DNA of 64,000 bases. Source: Phoronis australis (Eukaryota; Animalia; Phoronida). Where the stretch lies: NCBI GenBank assembly GCA_002633005.1, contig NMRA01000306.1, positions 442,512-506,511 of the forward strand. Direction: 5' to 3'. Of this stretch, positions 52,010-64,000 are shown piece by piece. The notes below the pieces were generated by a model, which was given only the letters and a program-made list of their open reading frames with translations, made no database searches and was not told the origin of the DNA. Position numbers and translations under genes: made by a program. How positions within the stretch are numbered: the first letter of the stretch is position 1; every line of letters begins with the position of its first letter.

Positions 52010-53050
52010 TTAGGTATGGAAAAGTTCACAACAAGCAAGAAGGTACCCTTCTGGACAACTAAGTGAGGGGGCTAGAGAGAGGCCGAAAAGTCTACTACCA
52101 GAAGATATGTCAAAGAGAATTTGTAGCTTGAGGAACGAGTCGGGGAAAAAGTATTTGCCAAAGATTACTGGCTTATACCACAACAGGTCCAAAGTAATTT
52201 GTTGAGATAGGCCACTCCCAGCAAATGTGGGGAAACTGGGACAGAGGAAGTGGAGTATGCATTGAAAGAGACAATCTGCGATTGTCAAGGATGTAGCATT
52301 GTAAAAATTTAAAGGGAGGAAACAGTACAGTGGCTGGACCTGTAAATACTCTGGCTGATCTGCTAAATCCAGTGGGGCATTATTGTATCCGCACAGCTGT
52401 GTAGGGAAGTAGGCTTGTGTGTTGTCGCAAGCATTGTTTGCACCAGAACTGCTTGTGTGAACAGCACAAATCTAAAATTTACCTAGTCTAAGACTGAATT
52501 TTTATCCAGGCACGGATCATGATCCTGGGCCACATGGTAATGGTACATTGTTCATTTTGTTTAGTCACTGGATTTTTTGGTCTGACAGGATTTCTCAGTG
52601 TCGCCATCACATTTAGATGATTTCTGGCCACTGTACTATTCCTTTTCCTTGAAGATGCGTAATTGATCTGAATTTATGTTTCCGCATTTTATTTACCATT
52701 ATAGATTTTTGTTTGTAATTGGGTAATATATTACTGAAATTTGAGACCCTGCTGCTGTTAGGCTGGTTTTGATAACTTATCTTTCTGCCTGGGTTGTAAA
52801 CCCATATTCTGTCCAGGAGGTAATAAGTTTTGATTTAGACCATTTACCTCTATAAACTTTGCTCAGTTTGTTCCTTATCCAGATGGGAAGTGATTTCTGG
52901 AATTGTAGCGAATTGACAGTTTGCTATTCCTTGAGACCATGCTGTGTGTATAAAATCACACACTATTAGTCTGGTCTTTAGCAATTGCATATTGCCAGAT
53001 CTTTCAAAGTTCTGAAATTGCTCAAACGTGACCTGGAAGTAATACCTATT
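52010..53050 (-). mobile_element. Decayed CR1/L2-like LINE ORF2 3' part
   Basis: ILHFLCPSF...ITLDLLWY...LQILFDISSGSRLF resembles the C-terminal HFLLxCPxF...LLLYG...YIxxSxRF motif. The upstream region is heavily decayed. Confidence 0.45.
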
Positions 53051-55675
53051 TCGTGATGGTAGAAAATCTAAATCAAAAGTTGTTTTATGTGATTTTAGGC
53101 GAGTTTATGTCCACTTCAAATGTTTTTTTGGTTGCAGTACTAAAAAGTATTGGCACATTAGCTCTGGTGGCTCCTTGTTATTTTGGCAAATCGACCATTT
53201 TATGGTTCCCATTGGTAATTTTGTTACTGGTCTAGTATGTATGTACAACTGTAATCGTAGGGCAATTGTAATGCAAACCATGTTGCAAAAGTATTTTTTC
53301 ATGACCATTTCATTTTAAAATGCTGCCTAATTGGAAGCGACAAGCCAATGTTTCATTTTGTGGTGGTTAGTTTTGATAAGAACATTGATGTGGTAAATAC
53401 AGCTACCTCAAATTTGCGAAGAAGAGATTTCCAGTGTTGTCAGCGATATTGCGAAATCACTTTTTCGCAGTGAGACTACATCACCTTAAATGTAATTCCC
53501 TGACTTTATGAGCTTTGTGTGGTTGACACTGTCCTGTAGCAATTAGAGTTTTAAAAAGATCTAGAAAGCAATTTTTTATTAGAGTCATAACATTTGCACT
53601 TTTGACTGTACAGTTATCTTTGCATTGTATTACGAAAACATATTTTGTAGTACACAAGTCTCTGGTTGGTATTTTATATTTTTCCCCAAGGAATATTTTC
53701 AACTTAGATGAGTTGTCTGTGAGGTAGGCAATTTTCAAATAAGATAATGAATAAAATTGTCAAACATTGTTTTATTTTTTAGATGTGTGATATTCCAATA
53801 AGTGATTACTTTTAAAAAACCTGTGCAGAATTTGATTTTTACTCTTCATTTAAAGGAGAATAAATCCATAAACCTGCATTGTCTAGAAATTTTATTCAAA
53901 CTACGTATTACAGGGTTGGGGATTGGAATCTTAATACAACAGAGTCTGAACCGGTATCATGAGCAATACAACACAATACACGGATATAAAAATTTGGTGT
54001 TTAGGTTCCACGGAAAGGATTCGTGTACGCGGTAATAGTTACAAAGGTGCGTGGTCATTGTTTGTGGATACTTTGGGATTCCTCTTCTGTGGTCATCCAG
54101 GGAAACCTGGTCGCACAGAGAACAATAGATTAACATCTTCATTGTTCCCGTTGTTATAATAAAGATATAATGACGAGCACTTATCGGCAGCGGTCTGCTG
54201 TACGCAAGGTTCTATATCTATGTATGCGACCTGTGTTGTTACATCCAACAATGACACAACAAAGGAAAACAATGATAGGACCGATGGGCGAAAAACATGC
54301 GACGAGTTGCCACGGACAGTGGTCGAGTTTGTCTTGTCATTCGAATGGTTTTAGCGAACTGCAAACCCGGTATTTCGTCAGGAAAATTTCTGCGGTCTTT
54401 GGTTTGAAGTCGTGGGAAAAATTGCGGTCATGCAACCAAACTTTTCATTCATTTGATAATACAATGCGTTGCATGAACATTTGATCAAAAGAAAATCTGA
54501 CTTGAATATGTGTGAAGAAATACCCATTAGGAAATTGCAAAGTAAAACAACCGTAAATCAAAATAACCTACATTTGTCGAGTTCATGTCTAACCCTGTTC
54601 ACTGTGGAGGACATCATCGGCTTTTTACAAAATGGAGCCATGTATGGTATTTAGGTGTACTATATCCCTAAGTGATCAGTAGTAAAACGTTCAAAACATT
54701 CTGGAGGAACTAACTTGTTGCAAAATATCGAAAAACATGAAGGACAATTGGATTTTACGGTGCTCAGGCATCGATCTCAGATATATGAAAATTTCTCATT
54801 TTAGTACATTTGAGGTGCCAAAATGTATAACTAATAAACTGGCTGACAAAGTTTTTATTTTATGAAATGAAAGTAGCATATTTTGTCAACATTTTGGCTA
54901 AGTTTAATTCTCATAACAGTAGGGGCAGATTTGGTACAGCAGTGTACTGAACACAACCTCAAAATGGCATAACGGGGAGCAGTGTTGTAAAACTACTAAA
55001 TGAGGGTGGTAAATCGGAATCGTGTTTCAAGACATCTGTGTAACAATCTACAGGCACCACTAAACAATGCCAAGTGAATAATAAATCATAAGCTTTTATT
55101 GAAGGAAAAATATGAACAGTTAAAACTGGACAGTTTTTATACCGTGAAAACATGGCTGCGAAGCCGTAAAATGTGTTTGAGCCTATAACTTTAGAAAAAC
55201 GCAATATTTTGAGGAAATATTTTACCGCTGTTTATAGATCCCATAGGACTACCTATGTGCCAAATTTGGTGAAAATCGACTGACCCCCACCTTGCCGCTC
55301 ATGGCTGGTGCTCTCGTGGACTAGTACTTAACATCGGTTCGTTTGTCAGAACACACACTTACGCATATGTAGCTCGAAACCTTGAAGAACGTATTGCAAT
55401 AACTTGAAGCAAATCATAAACGAAACAAATGTTTATCTTGCATGGTTTTATTGGTTGTTTGATCTTTACAGATATGAATCGTTCTAATGAAACTGTACCC
55501 AAAACTTTGGACGAATCAGAGGAAAGCAAGGATGAAGACAGCTTCGGCGAGTTGAAACAAGTAAAGAGCTTTAACGTCTAAGTTACCCTGTCAAAATGAA
55601 CCAATGAATTTTTTACGCGTACACAGAAGGATCCGAATTTGATAACTTTGAACTATTTGAGCAGTCTGTAGCTTA

Positions 55676-58600
55676 TAGTCGGTGGACCAGAATTTGTAGG
55701 GCGTCCAGAAAATGGTTTTTGTGAGTACTTTAGGGGGGGCAATTTTATTTTGGTTCCCACATATAAAGTTGCACATTTTTGAGAAATTTGAGTTTGAAGT
55801 TACCTAATAACCACCAAAGAGCTTAGTAAATTTATATTTGTAAAAACAACAGTTTTGGTGACTTTTTTTGTAAAACAAGTAATATGGTCCCATCAGTGCC
55901 ATTGCATTGAACAATATTACACTCACATTACATGTTTTACTATTGCAGATTAATTGTAAACAGTGAAATTTAAAAATGTAAAGGGACACCTGGTGGCAAA
56001 AATGCAAACTAAGTCTGAATGTTACTAGGAAGTTATTCTGGCATTGTCTGGCAACAAAAATAACACAAAACACTTGAGACTGGGCAGAATTTGTGCCTCA
56101 ATGACTAAAACATTGACTAATGGTGTAAAATACAGCTTGTTTGCATAATACACCAGAAATACTTTATAGTACAAAAAACAATATAGTTGAATGATCTATG
56201 TGAATGTGCACACAGAATGTATGAAAATAATAGATTGTTCTGACAGCGTTTATCAAGCAGTTTGAGACAAATACATGACAAGGATCAAAGTATGTACTTT
56301 CTATGACTTAATCAACAAATAATTTAAAAATTAACTTTTTAATACAAAAAAACGAAATAACGGGGCTGGAGGTCTATTTAGGGTTGACTTGTCAAAGAAC
56401 TATCCAATGTTATGCAGTCAGTGTTGCTGATGTTGCTACAGTTGTCACAGCTGCACATTTCTGTACAGTTTGACCCAGCATTGCAGCACAAACTCAGTTT
56501 CCCAGCACACATGTTCTTTTTGCACTTGCAGCGTTCATCGTTTAGTACTGTCAATGGAGATGCGGACATTGCCATACATTTTAACTGCAAAGCTCCACCG
56601 CCAAGGAGCCAAATATGGTCGATTAGAGAGGGTGCAGCACCACACACTGGTGATTGGCCCGCAGGCAAGGGAGGGTCAAACACTAAGTCCTTATTTGGAG
56701 GCAGGCAGGATTTGAATAAACATTTGATTCAAAATATGTTATCTTAATGGGCTGTGTCAATTAGAGTCAGCAAGTGAATTATTGAACACTAGCATCAATT
56801 CACTTTTGTGTCGCTTAGTTGGGCACAAACTACAACAGTGAGTAACTTCAACAATATTTCATAAGACTGCCTGTCCAAATAACTTCATGCGCATCAGCTT
56901 TCTGAAGAACAGCTTCAAAATCTTGCTTTAGTTTTGAACGGCAAATGACATCTCCATGTGTTAGAAGCTTTGATTCAATGAACTCCAAACAAAACTGTAG
57001 AAAAACATCTCTGAAAACTGTGGATTCGTCACTCTTCACAATCGTTGTCTTTCTATTTTTTATTGCATGATGATCTGCGGTTCTTGGCTTCTAAGACACA
57101 AGGTCTTTATCTTTGAATTTCATTTGCATATTCAGGGCTGTGGACTGAGCTGTTGCTTGCGATACAAGTCCAACTGAAAAAAAAAAACCGAACTGTTAAC
57201 ACTAATTTAACACTCAACTATGAGTGAGTTGGCATGCAACTTTTTCAGACGGACTTACATGTATCAGGAACTGATCCACCACCAGCCTAACAAATTTACA
57301 TGCCGTCTGATCTGATGTACCAGAGCAGTGATTGAAATTTAATTTTTTAAAATCAGATGCTCAAACCATAGTCAATCGATTTACACTTAAGGTAATCGAC
57401 ATTTCACGAAATGGAAAGTGGTTTCCATCGTCCTCAAATTACGACGACGACGATGGCCACTTAGGCACTCTAATTTAATTATCATTGCAGCTACCTAAGT
57501 AATTAATGTTAACAAAAAATTGAGAAGAGGTTCCCCCTATCCCAGGACTACGGCAGGGGATGACGACCACTTGGGCATGATGTTTGCAACCATCTACTCC
57601 ATTTAACCTTCTCAAAAATTTTTGACTTTAAGTGCTATAAAAACACACCCACAGTATAACGCCACATGATTATCCCTTAGCGCAAGCAGTGACGATGTGG
57701 CAACTGAACAATGGAGTGTTCGAAAAACAGGATTGCAGGAGTATTTGTTTAAACTGGGAACAAATGAAAACATTAACGACCTCCTCAGAGGCATCTCTCT
57801 ACGCGGTACTTCTAAACTTATAGGAACATAATTTGTTGAAAAGCATCCGGCATATGGAGAACCTACGGTATGATCACCGTCTCTACTGGGTCAGCGGTAT
57901 TGTCTAATGCCTAGGCAGCCAAGGAGCTGAACAAGTTAAAAAACAACTGTTGACAATACTGAAACACACATGGAAAACACCAAGATAAACCTTTTTCAAA
58001 AACACGTACCTGTTTTTCAAAGCTATACTTCTTTCTCTTTCTTGAAATATGGTCCATAATATACTTTTCCTGCTAACAAATGATGCACTGATGTTCCTAT
58101 CTTATTCTGGTTAATTGGGTGTTTCAGATTTTGGAAGTATAATTGATTTTCTTGGGAAATCTTGGATAACATATGTATCACTTTCAGCAACTTCAGTTTT
58201 AGTACTACTGTTGGTGCCTTTAAACGTTGCTATGCCGTTCTATGTCCTTTCAATTTTTTGGTCTGACACTTGGTCTTCTAGTCTACACCACTCAGCAGTA
58301 TACTGTGTAGGCTATACCAGGACATGCAGCTGTTTTCTGCACAAACGTTTGTGACACCTCTTCTGCTTTATGATCTACTGATCTACAGAGTTCCACAGTC
58401 CATCAGCTTTCGTCAGGAAACTTTCCTAAGCTTCTTTAGGCTCTGGCATCACAATTTTGTGCTGTTTCATAAACCTTGAATTATACAGGCATCACACTCC
58501 ATGGGAGCAGCCATATTGAAGTAACTAAGCACAACAATACAATCTGGCTCTCTGATTGGTCAATTCAATAGAAAAGCGCCACCAAGTGGCAGGAATGTGC

Positions 58601-58769
58601 ATAATATTTTGTGCAACAAAAACACCTTTTTAAAAAAATGTGCAAGTGTAGACATGGGAACTTTTTGGAATTTGATTTATAGGTAATTATCTAGCCACAT
58701 AGAAGAAACTAGGTTGCCCCCCCAAAGTACTCACAAGGATGAACGCTATGAGATCTGGCCCACCGACTA
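55676..58769 (-). mobile_element. AcademX-like DNA transposon, internally deleted
   Basis: TIRs TAGTCGGTGG(A/G)CCAGA...TGTGAGTACTTT.GGGGGGCAA and a perfect 3-bp TSD TTA (55673-55675 / 58770-58772). Internal relics include the Cys-rich C-terminus CKCKKNMC...CCNAGSNCTEMCSCDNCSN (56378-56683) and N-terminal QCIIC and KDLVS pieces. Confidence 0.85.
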
Positions 58770-60599
58770 TTACCCATGAGAAAGAGCACACCGCTCGATA
58801 CGTGGGGATATTTTAATATATTTCAGTACCGACGCTCGTCATTTTAGTTTTACTATTTCATATTTTATAACTATTAGCATTTTTTCGACCACCAGTTAGT
58901 CAATAATACTGAAGGCGGTCTACACATTGTGATCGATTTGTGTATACTGTAAGGGTTTGATTTGATGGTAAAAAATGATTATTAAAACTCTCTGACATCT
59001 TAGCGGGAACACATTCGAAGTAGACCAGTACTGCATGCAACCATATTTAAGCTCATACGCCTGTTTCTGAAATTATGTATTTTGAAAAATACTGTTTGTA
59101 CATGTGTATTGCACATTGGTGCAATTGGTCTAAGCTTTACTGATGGTAACAGATCATTGTTATTTTTTGTCATAAGTTGGGGGTTTAATCACTCTGAACA
59201 AATTGCGCATTTGAATTGAGTTTAGGTCGAAAGAAACGTTAGAATTCATACATTTGACATTCTTAATTTTATGTTTGATGAAAAGTTGACGGAACAATAA
59301 ATTCTTTTCATTTTTCGCATCTCAAGAATCACAAATCAAGTTCTTATGAAACTTTCAGATAATATTGTATTTTTGGTGCAGGAACTGCATTTTGCGATGA
59401 ACACTCTTTGTTATTCAAAAAGTGGCACAGATGGATACATCGATATTATCAAAAGCCTTGTTAAGATCAATGTTTTATACGCGCAAACAGAGTTTTGTTA
59501 TGTACCTCTGGAGCAGGCAGCGTGAAATATAAATGTTATCTGTCATGTGGTGGTCAGCCTGCGTGATCCTCAGGAATAACATGCCTTGTGTTTGCCCACT
59601 CAATCAGTCGTGAAATAAGAATTGTCGCAAATATTTTACAAAGAGTATTTAAGAGTGACGTAACTAATACGTTTATTTAGTGAACGTACATGTAGATTGT
59701 CATTGGGCTTGTCTCGTACACAACTCGCTATGTGGATCATGTCTGTTCATAATCTGATATTATAGGTAAATAGCGGGTATCCTTCTGGTACAGTTAGATA
59801 TAACATTACGATTAAAGCAGCCAAACCCCTCGTATCCTGGCATGTTTGGTTCATTAGCCGACCTACATGTAGATGCCAGATGGATAATGAACATGAAGAC
59901 AATGTTTCTTAAATAACAGATTTTTCGATTTATTGCAGAAAAATGGTGGATTTAATAAAAACTCGCGTATATTAGCCGAACAACACTGCCACCTCGTACC
60001 TGATTTCAATCCCGTTTATCTCCATTCATGTTTCCAGAGTACCTGTTCCGAGGTTTTGCTTATTCCCGTGCAAACAGTCCACCAATTTCCAAATTTTTGA
60101 GTGATTTATCCACCATGAAACTAAGAGAATTGCCGTCGTTTCTGTTTTTAAAATGGCGAGGAGTAAAGTTGCGGAAAAACAAAGACCAAAATTTTTTTTA
60201 TCGATTCTGAATTTAGCTTGTGAAATACAACTGCTTCTAATACATCTTGACAATTTACACTCGCACAAAATAGGATTTAAAGCATTTCTAAAAAAAAAAT
60301 TAAAATGTCATTTTTGATGTTCCAAAGGTTGAAAAGTTTTGATTTTTGTTTAAAAGTTTCCTGAAGTACAATAACATAGATTTTTAATCTAATTTAATTC
60401 ATGAATAAAGTCTATGTCAGAAATCACATCTTTGTTATTCTTTCATATTTTTGTAAAAAAGCGTTTTTCCAAAGATAATTCCTATTGGCTAACGCGCGTC
60501 TGACGTCGATGAGGCTGTACCGTGGGTGAAGGCAATGAGATAAATTAAGCTTATTATGTATATAGCTCTTTGGGTGAATGTTTCTCGGCTACAGAAATG

Positions 60600-61330
60600 T
60601 GCTGAATGTGTATAATTCGTCTCCGATCTCGGCTCTCAAAAGTTTGTAATACAAGTTTACTGCCGCGTAGCGTTGACTATTAGTGGAATGATGCCGTTCT
60701 CGGAACCCCGGCTGCCGGCCAGGAAAGCAAGGGCCCCGACTGCGTAGCCTTGCCTTGGTGCAAGCTGTATGCAAAATAAACAGCGGCTGTTGCAACGACG
60801 TGGGTAAAAACTGATCAAATAAAATCTGACGCAAAATTAGTGTCATTAAAAATTACACTCTTCCTTGAGAAAGCTAACCTATTTACTGGCGTTCTGCGGG
60901 TCACTCTGCTGCTAAAATTTGGGTGCGCTCTTTAAGGTCGGCTTTCGGCGCCGTCACCTGTTTCCTTATTGGCCAGTTTCGTTCCCAGAGTCGTTCTTCT
61001 TCCAAGTATAACAAGCGATCGAACTTTTCTTTGAAGTTGTGCACGTGTAACAACAAATCATTAGAGTTGATTTCATATACTTCCAAGTTTTTAGTATTTT
61101 AATAACAGGAAACCGAATTTCATAAAAAAATTTGCTCCCGACAGATGTCGCAAAATTTTAGGAAATAGCGCGTGTTCAGTGAGCGTACTGTTTTCTTTTT
61201 TACAAAAAGGTGAGAATTGTGAGATAAAATAACGTTTACCACTTTGTTTTTCACTTAAACGGCTCCAGCGGGCAAGGTGAGTGACTGTTGACACCCAGAT
61301 ATTTGCACGCTGCCCTGCCGGTTTATAGCC
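60600..61330 (-). pseudogene. Decayed HELZ/HELZ2/MOV10-type helicase gene fragment
   Basis: HNFKEKFDRLLYLEEE resembles the NYxxxFxxLLxLEE motif. Downstream, QPLFILHTA...CFPG...NSQRYAAV resembles the region just before helicase motif I. Fragmented, with no P-loop. Confidence 0.4.
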
Positions 61331-62329
61331 CTACATGTTGATATAAGTTTCGCGACGAGGTGACGAGCAGAACTACCCGCGCTATGTGAATTTTCGAAGT
61401 CTACGGAGCTCAGCACACAGTGCTACTGGTACCTAGCTGTGTTTTGAAGATAGTATTCATATAGCTCATCTGGCTGGCTAGGCCCCGGGATGAATCAACG
61501 TCACAGGAAAGAACAACGAAAAAAATGCGAGTATGCACACGACTGGACTACGTACTCGCACGGCTAATGACCTATATCTCTTTGTGCTGTACAGCCTCAG
61601 TGACGACACGAAAAACAGCGCTTGCAGTGGGGCTTTACGGAACTAAAAAATTTTTACTTTTTTTAAAAGTAAAAAAAGAAAAATACTGTGCACTATTTAG
61701 GAATATGTGGATGCCAGTAACCAACCTTTATACTTTCAAAATTCATATTAAAATGCTGAAACATGTAGTTCAGGCCTCTTTTAAACACAATTAACATGGT
61801 TACAGAAAAGTGCGTGAAAATCTCATTGATTGAAATTTAGGGAGCTATACAAAACAAGAAACGGATCTTTAGGCCTCAGCACCACCCGTTTGTAACGGAT
61901 GTCCCAACATTTACGCACGTGGATTTTTCTCAAGTGCTTGGCGCAAAGACCCATTCATTTAATTCGGCTGTGGGCGAAGATTTACTTACAGACGCATTTT
62001 CGTTCGCGTGCACCCATGCGGGTAGGGTTGTAGGTGCATGCTCGTTTGATCTATGCTAATGCAGTGATTGGAATCATTTCAAAAAAATAGAAAAACACGA
62101 AAGACCAAACTGGTTTGCAATTGTTTCTCGATCACATTTTTCAAGATGAGCAGAATGGGGGTTATTGCAATGATCAGTAGACAATAAGTATAAAATTTTG
62201 TGACAGTTATTCCTGTTTTCATTTCATTGTCACCAGCACCATTCAGGGCGCATCAAGCCAACTGCAAGATGAAGGTATGTTTGAAAACTTACTGTATGGT
62301 TGGCACGCCTTCATTAAATGTTACTCTAT

Positions 62330-63500
62330 AACAGGTTGCAGCATACTTGGCCATCAGTATTTTCAGGCCACATCATAGGCAAGCTCACTGGCGTCTGAAA
62401 AGTAGTGTAGATCAACACAAACGACATCAGACAAATAGAGAGGTTCAGTGGGAAACTCATCAGAATCCAGGTACTTCAGAGCAGCAGTTCTGTTTCCTTC
62501 AGGAATAGAGGACAATACTCCAAGATCACTTGCAATCTGGCTTCTCAAACAAAATCTACCGTTGAAGCATAAAACACTCACGTCACCTCTGCAGCAGCAT
62601 TCACACTTGGAGTTGAACACAAGAGGTCATCCACATAAAAGCACTCCTTCAAATCGTCACGACCAGACGGGGCTTGCTGCAGAGCATAGCCAGAACAACT
62701 GGGAGAAGAAACACCTCCGAACAAGTGGACAGTCATGCGGTTCACATCAGGATCGTTGTTCAGGTTGCCATATGGCCACCAAAATATCTTAGGCAGTCCT
62801 TGTCTTCCTTCCTCACACGAACCTGATAAAACATCTTCTCTATGTCACTCTCGAGTCTGAATCTCAAGAGCTTTCCAAACAGACTGTTCGTCAAGTTTGG
62901 TCCCTGCAAAAGAGTTTCATTTAAGGACACACCACCGTAACGAGCACTACAATCAAAAACTGCTCTAAATTTCTTCTTCTGAGGGTGATAAACCCCGCGG
63001 TGAGGCACATACCAGACTCTCTGATTCTATAGCACCTCATCGTCAGGCACTCTTTAAGCATAGCCAGCTGCTTCAATATCTGTCATAAACCGAGAATATT
63101 CCTCAAAGTATGATGGATCAGACAATCGCCTCTTCAAACTCATGAGCCTTCTTAACACATACGACTTGTTGTTGACAAGAGGTGGGGGCTCTTCACGAAA
63201 GGCAAAGGTAACTCAAAATGACCAGTGGAAACTCTCTTACCATCGCCCATCATCTTCAAAAACGTAAGATCTTCAAAAGAAGGTTCACGCTTACTACTTA
63301 CTACCTCAGGAAATCAATATTCACGAGCTTTTGATGCATGGTGGTGATGTCAACATCACTGATGTTAACACTGTATTCTGGAATCTCAGACGCCCCTCGG
63401 ATGACGTTCCCCGCAATCCATCCCAGCGCTGTCTTTGTCGCGTGCGGTGAGCCCTTAAGACCTGTTCTAACTTCGGTGGGACTATAGACCCTATTCACGC
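62330..63500 (-). mobile_element. BEL/Pao LTR retrotransposon pol relic (RT and RNase H pieces)
   Basis: [50 protein letters not shown]...DIEKMFYQV; HLFGGVSSP; YVDDL; LHYFSDASELAY; PHATKTALGW. Contains frameshifts and deletions; no LTRs found. Confidence 0.92.
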
Positions 63501-64000
63501 CGACAGGAGGCGCGTTCCAAAACGAGGCTCGCTACGATCGCTCTGGTGGCTTATCCGCGTAGTTGTACTCCGCGTTGCTCGAACAGCTAGAAAAAACACG
63601 GACACTCTGTTTTACAATTCCTAAGGACGTTGGGATTCGGAAGCGTTGGGACCTTGCCATACGCCGCGACGAAGGAAAATATGTCTGTGTAAAATTTATA
63701 ACTGTTTTCGAATCATAATTTGTCGCATCTGGGACTGGATGCCGCCATACGAGGACCGGAGAATCTTCGGCCAGCCAGGCTGTGTTTTCATGACTATGGG
63801 TTGAAGCGCGATGCATTTTCTTTAAAAAAAGGACAGGGCCCTCAATCCCTCAATTTTGGGGTCAAATATCGGCCCTACTCCCCTCTCAAAAATATTGAAA
63901 AATCACGAGAAATTCCCGGCCACGAGGCCTAAAATTCCCTTTGTGATTGAAAATTTCTCTCCAACGGTTCAAATCACCTGTGACCACGGAGGTGACAATT

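Larger units (their letters stand above)
45030..55323. mobile_element. Large Academ-like element with nested insertions
   Basis: Imperfect TIRs: left t(c)agtcca...cagcca..agcggcaaggtgggggtca; right (reverse complement) tagtcca...cagcca..agcggcaaggtgggggtca. 'gta' flanks both sides if one extra base is allowed in the left TIR. Confidence 0.55.

Overview
This is eukaryotic, AT-rich, repeat-dense genomic DNA with spliceosomal GT-AG introns, microsatellites and two N-gaps. It is probably from a marine invertebrate (inferred from the transposon repertoire; not determinable exactly). No prokaryotic operons, CRISPR arrays, rRNA or intact tRNA were seen. Host genes are few: an ANKH-like multi-pass transporter with an intronless CDS (7487-8980, -), a two-coding-exon ~100-aa orphan gene (812-2361, -), and a spliced five-exon + strand transcript with only short ORFs (32365-36118). 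Most of the rest is transposon material: two inverted copies plus a terminal fragment of an ISL2EU/Harbinger-like element (AT TSD), a hAT-like non-autonomous element, Academ-like elements (one with a TTA TSD and a Cys-rich C-terminus), a Sola3-like transposase relic, a Helentron/HINE-like tandem array, LINE relics and a BEL/Pao pol relic. There are also decayed fragments resembling HELZ-type helicase, ankyrin and P2X7-ballast genes. Family names come from motif recall, not database searches. I found no convincing wholly new system. The best leads are the ISL2EU-like family's cargo and chimeras, the dual-frame small-ORF gene, the intronless ANKH paralog and the orphan gene.
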